NCBI RefSeq assembly: GCF_009914755.1
Contig: NC_060926.1
Direction: 5' to 3' (one strand)
From: the human T2T-CHM13v2.0 reference genome, Homo sapiens
DNA length: 64,000 bases
The position numbers were made by a program, and so were the translations under genes. The stretch's first letter is position 1, and every line of letters starts with the position of its first letter. The notes beneath the pieces were generated by a model that did not search any database, was not told the DNA's origin, and worked only from the letters and a program-made list of their open reading frames with translations. Of the stretch, positions 12,655 to 26,492 are shown one piece after another.

Positions 12655-15600
12655 TGTTTTTGTTTTCAAATCAGGTTATTGTATATATTTTTAAACCACA
12701 TTGGATATATTGCAGCAGAGTTGGGGAATTAAACAAATAATGAATGATGAAATCAAAATTGCTCCCCATTTTTGTAGGACTAAATTTTCAAAATAAAACA
12801 AAGTTTTTAAATGATAGCTCCTTGGTGAAATATCACTAAACAAGAGAGGGGTCTTGGAAGCAGGTGGGAAAGGCCTGTGATATGGCAGGCGATGTGGACA
12901 TGCTGATGTTGAAGAGACTTGGGTATTGAGTTGTGCTGTTCTGATCGCCAACAGACCCTACAGAGCGGTGGCCTCGAGGGAGACAGCCTCAACTCACTGG
13001 GTTCTTCCCCTGTGGGGAGGGCTTTTGTCAGTCATCTCTCATGGTCGCGGCCACCTTGCAAGACAGGGCCCCTGTGATCTCTCATACAACAAGGCAGGCG
13101 GGTGATGCCCTGGCCCCGCAGCATGGGTCTCCTCCATCCCTAGGCCTTGTTTTCTTTATGATAGAGTAGGATGGATTTTCTTTTTGATGTCACATGGTAG
13201 GAATTAGAAAGAGACGGTTTGTGACTGGCTGATGAAGATAAAGAAATACAGAGTCTTTATTCATAGCTGGCACTCTTCTAAGTGCCTTTTATATTAATGC
13301 ATGCAAATCATAAAAGCAGGAAAGCAACTCCTACACCATGATGGCACACCAAGCACCCATGTGGCTTAATGTAGAAAGGCGGAGAGCAACGTGGCTGTTC
13401 GGGAATTTAGGGGTTAGCTGTATACCATATATACTTTAAAAAAAAATCACAAGTCATCAAGCAAACCATATATACTTTTTAAAAAAGAAAATAGTTTCCA
13501 GGTCCAGATTCATGTTCTTGTAAGTGGAACGCACCCAAAGGGTGCACAAGTGGAATCCATTGACCACCATGATCTTCAAAGGGGCAAATTTAGGACCATG
13601 AGGTCAAAGGGCTTTCTTCAGGTCACCAGCAGCTGCAGGAGTACTTGGAAAGTGAAGCTCCACAATGTGTTGGTCGTGACAATACAGAAGCGAGGGGGAA
13701 AGCCATGCTTTGGACAGAGAGTGGCAGGGACAGCTGCAACCAGAATGCCTCATGGGGGCATGGGATGGGGAAAAGCAGCCTATGCAAAATGCACCATTCA
13801 GGAGCATCTGCTTTCTCTCAGGACCTGGAGTGAGCATTGGGGTTCTTCAAGAAAGAAATCCTCATGTGTATTAGTTCCATAAATGTTTCATTAAAACAAT
13901 GTCATGTTGATAGTGAGTCTCTGACGCTGGACTTGGTTCAAAGACAGTGGAGTGTGCATGGAAGTTTAGTCATACCTATCAGCCCTTTGAAAATAATCCT
14001 TGCTAATGCTTCAGTCTCGTGATGTAAGCTCAGTGGAATTACAGTTTAACTGTTCAAAATTATATAACTAATTGCATTCAGCTTCAGTAACAATTATTAA
14101 TCAGCCCAAACCTTCTAGCTTGCTTCTTGCTGGTGGAGGGTTGAAGTGAACTAATCAGGTCCAAATTTATTTTGCTAACAATCTCAGATGAGCTGTGCCC
14201 TGGGGCCAGGGAGGCTTCGCGTTGCATGCTCAGACCCAGGGCAAGTCATGAGGGCTGGAGGCTGTGCTTTGAGGTTATGAAGGTCAATGTGATATTGAGT
14301 TAGACGAGCTCTTATGAAGTTGGGTCATTCACTTGGGTCAATCTGTTGGAATGAAGCTGGCTGAGCAGAAATATTTACAGGTCAGGAATGAAAAAAATCA
14401 TCATTAAAATCTTCGATGTGCACAGCCGGTGTGGTTTATCTGTCGTTGTTCACTTTGCCATTTAGTCCAGTAGGTTCAGCTCGAAATCCTTTTAACACAG
14501 TGGTCACAGAAGCTACTGCCAAACAGCTGGAGTTGGCCCAGAAAGGGAAACTCACTGGCCATCTTAGCTCTCAGGGACCAGCGCTCAGGAAGCCTGAAGC
14601 TGTGGGGTCTCACATTGGGTCAGATGTGGGGGTCGGGTGGGGTCAGACAACCTGGTCATTGCCTGCTGAGAGGGTCAGAGCCTGGGCTTGGGAGAACGTG
14701 AGGTTGAAGCTCGTCGCTATTTAACTGTGTGTCTGACCATAATGGCCACGGGCTGAAGTCCCCTTGTTGTTAGCCTGCAAATCCCCCAAGGGCCAGGATT
14801 GTACCTGGTTCACCCACACTCAGCTGCATTGCCTTGCATATGGTGAAGGGGTGTCAGAAGTGCTTTTTTGTGAATGCGCTGGAACAGGATGCTCCGAAGA
14901 GAATGGGTGAACAGCTCACTCCTTGGAAAGCAAAAAATGATTGATCTTTAGTTGCTAATGTTTAGGTTCTCTTTTATGAGAAGGTTAATTTGGGAAAAAC
15001 AATTGCTTTCTGCTATGAACAGTCCTGTGCACAGAAGCTAAGGAACTACTCACCCACCATCTTTCAAAGTGCCCTCCCTACAGAGGGCCTGGCCAGCACC
15101 AGGGGAATGTCTGCTGCTCAGCTTTTCGTGAATCCTGGAAACACCCAGGCCCCTGAAAGCACCCCCAGAGGGCTTCTGTCTTATGGATCAATTACATGCA
15201 TTGGAGAAAAACCCTCTAACTGCTACCTTTTTGAGTCTTTATTCCCCTGAGGGTAAGTGGAGGTTAGTACCGACCCCAACCTGACTTACACAGGGAGTCC
15301 CGTGAAACCTCGGGGGTTACTCGCCCGGGATTTCCTACCTGACCTTCAGGCAGGGCTTATTCAGCCTGTCTGGCGTGCCCAGCTGGCTTGGGCTTGCCCT
15401 CCTGCCCATTTTCTACTTTGTCCATCCAGCACCTGGCTCGGAAGACAAAGGGCTCATGACTGCTCCCTACCTGGCGGTCTTTAAAACAACTGTTCTGACT
15501 TGAAAGCTTTTTGGAATCCCGCCCCAGCCCTCTGGACTCTCCCGCCCTCCTCCCTCTGCTCCATGTGTGCAGGACAGAAAGCTGACCTTCTGCCTAGCAG

Positions 15601-17329
15601 AAGTCTGTTCTGCTCTCTGAAGGGGCAGCTGTGCCTAGAGGCTTTTTGGTGGGGGTTGCAGGCCTCATGGATTATTGAACCCTGGGCCGGTCCCATGCAG
15701 TCTCACCTGGCTTGAAGCAGAACCCCTCAGCTCTTTTGTCTTGGGGTCCCTTTGCAGCTCCAGTGTGTGTCAGCTTCCTCCCTGCCACCTTTGCGTACAT
15801 CCATGGAACAGTGGGAATCAAGGAAAAGCAGGAAGGCTGGTGGTGACGTTTTCCAATTGGTCAAGTTCCCCACTAGTACTGTCTTCCTTCGAGCTAAGAT
15901 TACCAAGACCCACAGGGCAGCAGCCACCCCTTCCTAGGGATTGAAGAGATTACCCAGGCGTCAGGCAACTCTGGGCTGCCAGGCCCTCCCTGGTCAGAAG
16001 AGCTCTCTATTACAGGTTACCCTCCCCCACAGGACCCAGAACACTGCCCTTATTGTAGGGTGTGCATGGGAGCATGCAGGGGTGGTGGGCAAGCTGAGCT
16101 GGATGGAGGAGGGACTCGATGCCTGGGAGGGCCTGTCTCCAGCTCTGTGTCCAGTACTTGATGTTTGCTCATTTAGCCTTTCTTCCCATGATCACCCGTG
16201 CACAGATGAGGAGGCTGAGCTGGTCTGAGCATGGCCGGTCCATGGTGGGCTAGGCTGGGAGGCAGTCCCTCCCCTCCCACCTTGGAGGCTCTCCTCAGCT
16301 GACCCAAAGCCCTGGGAGTCTCCCATCTGGCTGTGGCCACATTGCCCCTTCTCCACGCTGACTGCAAGCTCTCTGATTCTGTCATTCCATCTGCTGGGTT
16401 GTGATTTCTCTTGAAGTCCTTCCAAGGTTGGCGTTGGCTGAGGCCACCAAATGAACATCTCCCTGCCAGAGGCACATTTTACATGGCAGCCAAAGTCAGG
16501 CTGTTGGAAACACATGCTTCTTTTTTAAATGAAAACAAAAATTACCACCTTTTAAAAAAGAGAATATTACGTTGACTACTTTAACCTTTGGTTTTACTCA
16601 AAACAGAGTTTTTGTGTATGGAAATCGTGTGTGCAGCAGTCTGTCGGGGCTGGGGGGGACCGCTGCTGATTCCTGCCCAAGTCCTTCCGAAAGTCAGCTC
16701 GGTCCACAGGGTTCAGGATGTGAGCACCAGGCCTGGGTGAAACTGATCATGTATTGTACTTAGCCACTCTTCCTTGGCTCCACAGTCACCTAAATGTGAT
16801 GTCCTCGGAGTTTATCCAAAGCACCATTATATGAATGACCACGTTTGGAGCATCTGCCTGTTTTTGTAATACTGCAACCCAAAACTCTCGAAGTCTGTCA
16901 TTGCTGTCTGCATCATCCAAGCCACGGGGCATGCAGGCTTTCTGCAGTGCAGCCTTATAAGAAAGGTCCCTCTGGCAGCTGCTTCCCTTCACTGGAGGAC
17001 AGGAGCTGTGGAGTCATGAAGTCCTCATGGTGCCACAGCTGCCAGAGAGCTTGGAGCTAAGTTCTGTACTTTGATCCAGGTTGTTTATCTCACCTTAGGT
17101 TTTCTGGTAAAAATATTTGTCACCCCCACCTTATTCTCTGAGTCTTGTCTTTGTATTCCTGCTTCCGTGGTTTTCAGATTTATTGCAACTTTCTTAGTGT
17201 AAATTGCCCCAGACTTTCTCTGGAAATAGACCACTTTCTTCCCCATCTGCTGTGCAGGCTGGCAGATGGCTGAGGCCGACCTGCCATGGGGGAATTGAGT
17301 GTGTAAGGAGAGACGGGCCAGGCCTGGAA

Positions 17330-17478
17330 GAGCAGACCTGGGCTCACCTGACTTCACCTCTGTGAGCCTGTTTTCTCATCTGGGAAAAAGGAATAACCAC
17401 ACCAGGGCCTGGTGGAAACGGGAGACAAGGCTTTAAATTGCCAAGCCCTGGCACGCAATAGACTTCAGTAATGTTTGT
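17330..17478 (+). mobile_element. MIR fragment
   Basis: Core cacctctgtgagcctgttttctcatctgggaaaaaggaataa and tail ccctggcacgcaatagacttcagtaatgtt. Confidence 0.65.
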
Positions 17479-17513
17479 GTCCTTCTTCTGAGTGGCTTTG
17501 GGGGTGGTCCACT

Positions 17514-17965
17514 CAGGGTCGCCCTCCTGGGTGGCTGAGCAGCCTAGTCACGGGCTTCCACTCAGAAGGGCCTGCACTTGGGGTTCAGGGCTCTGCGGTC
17601 ACTGTCTGGAAGTCCTTCATGGTTTTATCTTTGCGTTTGTGTTTAGTAAGGGAAGTCGATGGGCCATTCAAGCATGTGCTGGGAACTGAGGTCCCTGCTG
17701 CTTCCCTGCAGCTGCCTGTGCCCCACCTGTGCCCGACACCCACTGCAGGCCACCTCTGACTCCAGGAGGGCCAAGATGGGCACAGGTGCCTTTGGAGGTC
17801 TATAGCTGCCTTGCATCCTGTGCCCAAGGGAGAGTGACTTCAATAGCAAATCACTACCATGGCAGGTTGGGAGAAAGGCCGTGGAAGAGAGGAGGAAGCA
17901 TTTTCAACAAGACAGCTGGCATCTCCATTTTGCACTGGGTCCTGCAAATTATGCCGCCCACTTTG
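17514..17965 (+). mobile_element. MER45-family (hAT-Tip100) DNA transposon fossil
   Basis: 5' cagggtcgccctc...ctcagaagggcctgcacttggggttcagggctctgcggtcactgtctggaa and 3' ccattttgcactgggtcctgcaaattatg match MER45 termini. The interior is longer than MER45A, as in MER45B/C. Confidence 0.72.
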
Positions 17966-18087
17966 GGTCTGCTGGTCTCTCTGAGGGTACCGGAGCCTGT
18001 GTGTGGATCAGTCTTGGAAAGGTTTCATGTAACCAGGGTCCCTGACTTCATTCTCTAATGAGGGAGGAAAGGAATGGTGGTGTACAG

Positions 18088-18533
18088 TGCTCATTTTTGA
18101 TGGCTGCTATAACCAAGTATTACAAACCGGATGGCTTAAAATGACAAAATGTGTTCTGTCGCTGCTCTGGAAAGACTAGAAGCTCAAAGTCAAGAGCCCG
18201 CTCCCCACTGGAAGTGTGGAAGAAAGAGACCCTCCTTGACTCTTCCTGGCTTCTGGTGGTTGCCAGGAATCCTTCATGTCCCTTGGACTGAAGGACTTGG
18301 ACTGCACAGGTCAGTCTCTGTCTCTTTTGTCACCTGATGTCCTCCGCTTGCTTGTCTCTGTTTCTTCTCTTCTTTGAAGACCACTGATCATATTGGATTC
18401 AAGGCCTACCCTGATCCCATAGGATCTCAATCTAACTTGATTACATCTGTTGAAACCCTGTTTCCAAATAAGGTCACATTTGTAGTTTCTGGGTGCACTT
18501 GGAACTTTTGGGAACACTGTTCAACACAGTACA
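18088..18533 (-). mobile_element. MaLR solo LTR (MLT1C-like)
   Basis: ggctgctataaccaagtattacaaaccggatggcttaaaa...cttcctggcttctggtggttgcc...ttgattacatctg...tttccaaataaggtcacatt...actgttcaacacagtaca. Confidence 0.85.
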
Positions 18534-18835
18534 GATGGTCTTGGCAGGAATTACCCTGTGTGGTTCCTGAGGAAGACCCAACGAGAGCTGTTGGAGGGGC
18601 TCTGCCTCAGTGTCTCGGACAGGCTGTGCTCAGTGACCTCCACCAACCGCTTCCCTGGGATGGAATTTAGAAAGCACATGTTGGTCAAAGGACCGTGACG
18701 CTGAATGGTGGCTGACAGTGACTCAGGAAATGCAAATGAGTAGCTCCAAAGAGGCCTAGAGCAGTGAGCTGGACACTGCCTGCAGGCACCCATGACTGCA
18801 GGAGGCACCCACATGTGCCAAATTTTGCATGGGTT

Positions 18836-19100
18836 TCATTCATTCTTGTTTCCATTCCACACATATGTATTGGATGCCTACGGTGTTCCAGGCACTGTGC
18901 TAGGTACAGGGATGAGAAATGAGTCTGACACAGGAAGGAGTGTTCTGAAGACAGGAAGACCCATGAAGGCCCCAGGAGCAGTGTCCTTGGAGCTGAGCGT
19001 GGGAGGAGGAGCCACGTCTGGTGGACAGGCACGTGGCTGTGCAGAGCACATTCCAGAGAGACCACTGTGTGGGCCACGCCAAGGTGGTGGAACCACACAG
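18836..19100 (-). mobile_element. L2 3' fragment
   Basis: ttcattcattc...atgtattggatgcctacggtgttccaggcactgtgctaggtacaggg is the antisense L2 tail. Confidence 0.65.
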
Positions 19101-19209
19101 ACCTCAGCATGTGGCACATGGGTCTGCATGTGGATGAATGGTGGGAGACGCATCCCGGAAAGGAACCGGGGAGACCAATTTCAGCAAATGATTACAGAGA
19201 CTTCAAGGA

Positions 19210-19600
19210 AGCACCACTAGTTACAGAAGATATTCGGAAACAACCACGATGTTCATCAGGAAGAGAAAAACTAGACAAACAGAAGGGCATCCACACAACA
19301 AAATGCTCTGCCGCCAGGAACATGAGCTAAGTAAGTTGATATACACAGATGAGGAAGGAAAGCCCACACCATCTGTTGACTGGAATAACCAAATTACAGA
19401 ACAATATGCGGCATGTGAGCATGTGTATGTAAAAAGACCCAACCAAATATATATTTTGAAGGTATTTCCATGCAGATATTTTCCATAATAGCTTCACGTG
19501 TGTACATGCCTAAGAGACCCAGGAAGATAGACCACAAATTGTTATTAGTGGTTATTTCTGGGTAGTAGGAGGATTATAACAGAGATAAATGTGGGAAATG
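19210..19600 (+). mobile_element. Old L1 (L1ME/L1MC-like) 3' fragment
   Basis: ggaaacaaccacgatgttcatcagga...catccacacaacaaaatgctctg...aaattacagaacaatatg...aaattgttattagtggttatttctgggtag. Confidence 0.55.
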
Positions 19601-20639
19601 TACTTATGTTTCACATAAAGACTGTAGTCATCTCTTTATTCCTTAAGCTGTAACCGAAGTGTGAGCAAACTATGACATCGGCCAAAAAGAGGGAGAGTGT
19701 GCTTCTGAGGATGGAGGTGGAGGTTGGGATGTTTCACAGGCGGCTTGTGAATACCAGGCCCTCTTCCAGATCACCATCCCCTAATTATATATTGGTGGTT
19801 TGCTTCCAGTCCTCCCAAACTTATCTTTCTAGTTATACCGTCCTTTGTCTCCAATAAATGGCATGCTCCTAATTACTGATATCTGTTTTCTGTGGGGAAG
19901 ATTAGCATGTGCTTTGGGCATCCAGCTGCAGTTCCTAGAACCAATAAGGAAGACTTCACTAATCTTTGTCGGAGGCCAGCATCCTGATTACCATGTGCTT
20001 TGCCTCCATGCCTCTTCGTGGGATCCCTCTGGGAGGGTTTTGCCTGGTGCCCTAATGCTAGTGGAATCTCACACCAAGGGCCGGGGTCTGGGCCTCTAGA
20101 TAGGTGAGGGTGAGGAACGCCTTAACCAGTGCTTTCTTAGGAAGAAGCCAGTGCTGTCTTGAACGGAAAAGCAATGAGGGTGGTGGCAGGCTCCAGATTG
20201 TAGGACCTTGGAATGTGTGTCTAGTGGCCCCTAGAAGAGCAGACTTGGAATCAGGAGACATGGGCTAGAAGTGATCTGCATAGAGATCACTGTTGAGGTT
20301 TTCACTTCAACTAAGAAACAGAAGAAATACTTTCCTGACGACATAAAGCTGAGAGGTCTGTGAACAGCTTGCATGACATTATTGGCGGGGAGAACTAGAT
20401 CCTATCTAAAGGATGGAGTTTTGTAAGGAAAATGTACTTGCCCTCCAAAACCAACTGCACGGACACAAGGAAGGTGTGTCTGCGTGTGGCGAGTGTGGAG
20501 GAGGCTGGGGATTCTGGAGGACGATGAGGCGGGTTCAGCTGTGGGGCGAGGGACTCAGCTGCAGGCTGGTTCACAAAGGCAAAGGCTGTGGGATGAGCTG
20601 CAGAGGAAGCCCCTGGACTCCTGCAGTCCTCAAGGGGTA

Positions 20640-20965
20640 GATCGCTTTCTCGGAAGTGGTTGGAAGGAGAAGTTTCCAAAGAGTCCTATTGAAAGACTAG
20701 ACAACCAGAGAAGTCTAGGGATGAAACGGGCTTCCTTGGAGTGTAGTGAGCTCCCTGTCGCCGGATGTGTGCAAGCAAATCTCAAAACAGGGAGGTGAGT
20801 CCCACGGGGCAGGAGCTGTGTGTTGTTTTCGCCTCCAGTCCCAGCAGTGGCACCAGGCAGGACTCTGACAGGTGCTCCATAATGGTTGCCCAATCAATGA
20901 ATTAATGAATATTATTAATCTGGAGAAATATTAGACACCCTGGAATGTTCCTTCCAGGCCTGATG
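20640..20965 (+). mobile_element. Probable CR1/L3 3' fragment interrupted by an L2 tail (~20815-20912)
   Basis: gggcttccttggagtgtagtgagctccctgtcgccggatgtgtgcaagca resembles the L3 3' end. The intervening aggtgctccataatggttg...aatgaattaatgaat is an L2-type tail. Confidence 0.4.
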
Positions 20966-21006
20966 TCTGCAGCACCATGAAATCCCCACTTGAGGGAAGA
21001 GGCCTG

Positions 21007-21507
21007 AGTGAGTTTCCTGTGCCTGCTCTAACACCTTACTGCACATTCTGTGGGTTAAAGGCACACACGTGTTCTCTCACAGTGCTGGAGGCCGGAAGTC
21101 TGAAATCAGTTTCACTGGGCTAAAGTTAAGGTGCAGGCAGTGCTGGTTCCCTCTGGAGGCTTCTAGTGGAGAATCCGCTTTCTTGCCTGTTTTGGCTTTA
21201 AGAGGCCACCGCGTTCATCAGCTTCTGCTCCTTCCTCCGTCTCCATAGGACATCGCTCCAATCTCTGCACTCTTCAATATATTGCTTTCTCTTTTTCTGT
21301 GGCCATATCTCTCACTCCTCATTCTTAGAAGGACACTGGTGATTACATTTAGTGCCTACGTAAATAATCTAGGATAATCTCTTCATTTTAACATCCTTAA
21401 TCACATCTGCAAAGTCCCCCTTTACAAAGAAACATTCACATTCTGGAGATCAGGACGTGAGCATCTTTTTGTTGGGGAGCAGATGGGACATTATTCAGCT
21501 TAACCCT
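21007..21507 (-). mobile_element. MaLR solo LTR (MLT1D-like)
   Basis: ctcacagtgctggaggccggaagtctgaaatcagtttcactgggctaaag...ggacactggtgattacatt...ataatctaggataatctc...aatcacatctgcaaagtccc...cattattcagc. Confidence 0.87.
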
Positions 21508-22796
21508 AGGCAGAAGAGAATAAGATTGGAAATGGGTTATTGAAGGCACCTCCATGTCTAGGGAAAAAAGTGGAACTAGAAAAGGAAGAAGCCATAGCAT
21601 CGAGAGGCTCCAGGACCACGTGGGGACCAGCTACCCAGGGAGGAGAGTTGGAAGGAGAAGGGGTGGCCAGCGTGCAGACAGATCGGGGCGTGGCTGCCTC
21701 TTTCAGTGCAGGATACTCAGTGCTGAAGATGGTGCCTGGCGCGTACAGTAGGTGCTCAGTAAGTGTTGAGTGAATGAATGATTGAACAGTAGGTGAGGAT
21801 GTTGCTACCTGCTGTAGAGAGACTATGTTGGTAGTGCTCGATCAGCTGCTTCCCAACGCTGGGCTTTCTAAATCCCCATGGGAAGCTGAGATATGGGGAG
21901 GGTGTGACCGTGAGACAGAGGAGAACTGGACCTGAACAAGGCTGGCTCCTCCACCTGCTCTGTTTCAGAGGCTTGGGGGCTGCCCTTAGAGTATGAGCTT
22001 TGTGGAGAGTTGCACTGGACCCACAGAGAAGGCGAAGGAGTGCCAACTGGAATTCTGAAGTGGATTTGCCATGCATAAGAAGCGAGAACGCTGTGAGGTT
22101 TCACGCCTTTGGGTTTTGTCCCACTTTCCGAAGGAGATGATGTTGAGACTCAGAAAGCACTGAGCATTGATTTCTATAAGCCAAGGAAATAGATTCGACT
22201 CCAACAAGATAACTCTATTATTCAGAAAACTTTTCCCCTCTTCCAGTCTTTCCTGCTTTGGGGACCACCGCCACGTTCTGCCTTCCACCTGTAACCCAAT
22301 CATTGCAGCTGATTAAAGGGCAGACGTGGAAACTGACATGATGAGCTCTTTTCTTAACTGTCTCCCTTGCTTGCTCCATCCAGCAGATAGAGGATGGCTT
22401 TCCCTTGCTGTTCATTCACCAGAGCTGCTGGAGCCCTTCACATTTTATTATGTTTGCTTACAGAATAAACGTGGAATGAAATGTACAGAATTCCCTGAAG
22501 CTGATACTGCCATAGACAGGGATGAACGGCAACACTGCCTCCCCGCAGAAAGCTCCAAGGCTTAAGCCTTGCACAGACCAGTGGATGCTGCTAAACCCAG
22601 AGCTTCTTGAATTCCTCTTCCTGATTGGTCCTGTGTACATGTCAGCCTCCTGTCAAGGGCTTTGATACTGGATTTCTTAGAATTCAGAGGAAGTTGTTTT
22701 GCAGAGTTTGTAAGTTAGTGTAAAATGAATTCTCTGTAAGGCTCTATGTTTACTCTTAGTAGAGAAGACCCCAGGTTGCAGGTTGGCTCAATCAAG

Positions 22797-23130
22797 CACT
22801 CATTCATTTATCCAACACCAAGGAGTGCCTAGCATGTGCCAGGCACAATGAATGCAAAGATGAAAAGGGCTCAGCCACTGATGGCTTCTCAAGAAGTTCA
22901 GGCTGGTGAGTTGGTGGAGTGACAAGCGTGCAAACAGCCTCTGAGGCTTTGCATGAGAGATGAGGTCTTCATGAGACACTCCCACTGCACAGAAGCTGGG
23001 GTGGCCCATGACTTGGGACAGTGCAGAAAGCCTCCCAGAAGAGCGGCATTTGGTGGGATCTTGAAAGAGGAAAAGCAGTTTTCTGGGTAAAAAAATAAGG
23101 GACAGTTTGAGTGTTGGGCCCTGTGGGTGA
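22797..23130 (-). mobile_element. L2 3' fragment
   Basis: cactcattcatttatccaacac...gagtgcctagcatgtgccaggcac...gaaagcctcccagaagagcggcatttg...gatcttgaaagag. Confidence 0.62.
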
Positions 23131-26100
23131 GAGAGAGCTGCACCCAACCCCTCCTGAAAAATCTGTTCCTGTGTCAATGCAGGGAACACAGTGTGGGGGC
23201 AGAGAGACATGGCAGGAGACAGCTGGGGCGGAGGGTGAAGGGCCAGCAACAGGCTGACAGCAAAGAAATGGAAATAAAAGAGCAGCATGGCTGATGGTGG
23301 ACAGTGGAGGTGAAGCAGGGGGATGGGAGCCCGGAGGCTGGGGGCAGGGGGAGCATGTCCCAGAGAGTACCAGGGTCACAGCCACATCACAGCTCAGCAG
23401 AGGGGCAGCCTTGGCAGGTGCTTATTTGGGAGGTGGGAAAGGTAGAAAAAGGGGGCTTCCTGGAGGCTATAGGCTACCTCTGCGATTTCATTCAGAGAGG
23501 TGACAGGTCTGTCATGGTCTCGGGGACACTGGGAAAGGAGCAGAGTTTAGGGGAAGAATCAGGGAGTTGATGTAAGATCCAAGAAATGGGCCAAGCAGGA
23601 AAAATCCAAGAGGGTAGGAGAGAACCAGACAGGGGATCTGTCCAGGGCAAGAGAAATTCATGGAGCAGAGGGAGCTGTGAGAGCAGCCCAGGGCTGCAGG
23701 TGCATCCAGCGCTCCAGTGCCCAGCACAGCCGTGAGCCGGGTCAGGGAAGCGGGAGACACCCGAGGACCAGGTGGTGGCCAGCAGCAAATGGGAGATGAC
23801 CAAGTGGGGACAGGGGGAGCATATGCCTCTTTCAAAAGAAGAGAGAGGGGGAGCAGAACTCTGATGGGTACAGTTGAGGGAAGAGTTGCTCCGAGACGTG
23901 CGACTTGGCCTGTTTGGAAAATGGTGCCCCTGCTTACTCTGCAGGGAGCTAAAGCTGTGCAGCCCCTTCTCGCCTCTGCCTTCACCCCTAGAGCTCTTCT
24001 TCCCTCACCCTCACCTCTTCCCTCCCTCCCACCTTCGTTCCATCCAACTGTGGGGCCAGGTGGAGTGGATGTCCATCTTCAATCCTCTCTCTTCTGCTCT
24101 AACCCGATTCTGTTGATTTTGTGTAGCCCTATCTGCCTTTCCACTGCAGTTTTTGATTGTGTGACCATCTTGTTTCTTAGGGAGGAGGGCTGGTGCGTCC
24201 CTTGTCTTCTCGTCACCATCCCACAGAGGCCTGGACACAAGAGAGGCACAAAGAGAAGGGACTCACCTCTGTAGCTGGGAAGAGTCCACAGGGGTCACAC
24301 AACCCCCAGGATCTGGCTGATGCCTGTGCCCTGCCCCCCATGGCATTCGCAGTCCCCAGGTGTGGGTCATGTGCTCCAGTGATGGGGAGGTTACCCCTCC
24401 GGAGCAGCCTATTGTTATCTTCGTAATCACAGTGACAGATACTAACACACCACAGGACTTGTGGCAGGACATTCACAAGCGGGTTCTCACTCCCTATGAG
24501 ACTGCGGGTGGCTGGCTCCACTGCTCCCTCCACAGATACGCAAGCGGTGCTTGGAGCAGACTAGTGGCGTTGTGCAGGAGCACAAGGTACGGAAACAGAA
24601 GAGCTGGCTGGGAACCCAAACCCAAGACACGCGCTTTCCCCACCGTGTCGCACAGCCTCATGAGATCGCCATATGTGGTACCTCGTAGGTGTGGAAGGCA
24701 CCTGGAAGGCACTAAGCTGTGCGGTTGGGTGGCAGAACAGGTCCTGACTGGAGGAGCTGCTGGCAGCACTCTGGTGAGAGGCTTTGAAGGGGACTGATGG
24801 GTTAGCAAGGTGTGCCTGGTGCCCGGTGGGTTCAGAGGCAGAGACCGGGTTTTAGCCTGGTACTTTCTCAGAGACCTGCCTGACAGCACGGACAGGCTTC
24901 CAGTCGGGTGAGTCACGGTTGGTCTAGAAGGGCATGAATCTTGTAGGGACTCCCCATGGAAGATGCTGGCGTGCTGGGGGTGGGAGGCCTGGGAGGCAGT
25001 GGAGGTGTGGGGGATGGAAGGGTGTCCTGGGGCCTCCTGGAAGGAAGAAGAGGCCTGCCTGCCTGGATGAAGTGAAGTCTCCCCCCAACCACCCCATGAA
25101 CCCTGCTTCCTGCTTATCTTATTTTATAAACTAAGAACAGAAACAATAAAAACAAGCAGACAACAATACTTCAAACAATGAAAGGAAAACTGTGAGGCAG
25201 AGTGAACCCTAGGAAAAAATAATTTAAAACAATGAAGTTTTCAATAACGTAAAGATCATCTGAAAGCAACGCTGGGGTTTTGGGGCCCAGAAGCCTCCTG
25301 GGCTTCCCGTGGGTCCTCCAGGCTGCTAGGGTGCACAGCCACCCTTGGGACTGTGTGCTCAGCCCTTGGCCTCGGCTCCTTGTGGCCCCTCTCTCCCTGG
25401 TGGACCCCCCCACATCTGGTGTGCAGTATTCCTGACCACAGCGAAGCTGGCCAGTCTGAGACTGCCCCAGTTGGGATGCCATGTCGGCGTCTTTGGGTCG
25501 AAGCCCCTGGGAGGAACACAGAGTCAGTGCCCTTGGACCTGCCTGCTCAGTCCCGTGATCAGTGTCACTGGATGCCAATGTGGAAGACCCATGGCTGAAA
25601 TTTGCAAATGACAGAAGTCTGTCAAGATGTTGAATTTGCTGGAAACAATTCCAGAGGCAAAGAGACCTCCCTGGGCTGGATTCTGCTGCGAACACCACAT
25701 GCTGAAATGTGACTGTGATGGAGCTGCTTCTGCACCCCAGTGTGAGCTTCAGAGGCCTCTCCTCTCTTGCCGCATGAGGAACGCCAGCCCCACTGGGGGT
25801 AATTTGTCTATGATGCTACCTCATGGAACACATGGAAAGTTCCAAGTTTCATGGAACATGAAAAGATACACGATGCATATTCCTTTATGAATTCCTGCCA
25901 GGAAAAGTTGGTCTGGACTACCTGCCTAGTAGGCATCCTTTTACCAGCCATGGGAAACCTGTCATGCTTCCCTCTGTGCTCTATTTTCCAGGAAGCCTGC
26001 GCAAAAGCTTGCTTGGATGTAATAACCAGCTTATTTCAAGAAACTGGAGGACTTTTCTCTGCCAGGTCTGTTCTTTCATATACTTGTAGCTTCTCCATTT

Positions 26101-26182
26101 TGCCTTGTTGTGTGCTGTTTACATGCATGTTTTTTATAAGATATTCAAATGCCTGTGTAGTTAAGCAATGAGTGTTATTTCA

Positions 26183-26492
26183 TTTTATTTATTTACTTAT
26201 TGATATTTTGAGACAAGGTCTTAATCTGTCACCCATGCTGGAGTGCAGTGACGTGATCTTGGCTCACTGCAGCCTTGACCTCCTGGGCTCAGGGGACCCT
26301 CCCACCTCAGCCTCCTGAGTAGCTAGGACTACAGATGCGCACCACCATACCCGGGTAATTTTTGTATTTTTTGTAGAGATGAAGGTCTTGCAATGTTCCC
26401 CAGGCTGGTCTCAAACTCCAGGACTCAAGCAATCTGCCCACCTCGGCCTCCTAAAGTGCTGGGATTAAAAGGGTGAGCCACCACACCCGGCC
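26183..26492 (-). mobile_element. Alu, AluJ-like, full length
   Basis: J-type diagnostics (cactgcagccttgacctcctgggctca, cctcccacctcagcc, ttttttgtagagatg, ggactcaagcaatc). High divergence. Degenerate TSD ...gttattt on both sides. Confidence 0.93.

Noticed and set aside
15293-15335. Two NF-kB-like 9-mers (gggagtccc, gggatttcc)
   Set aside because: Neither is a full 10-bp consensus, and such matches are expected by chance in 64 kb.
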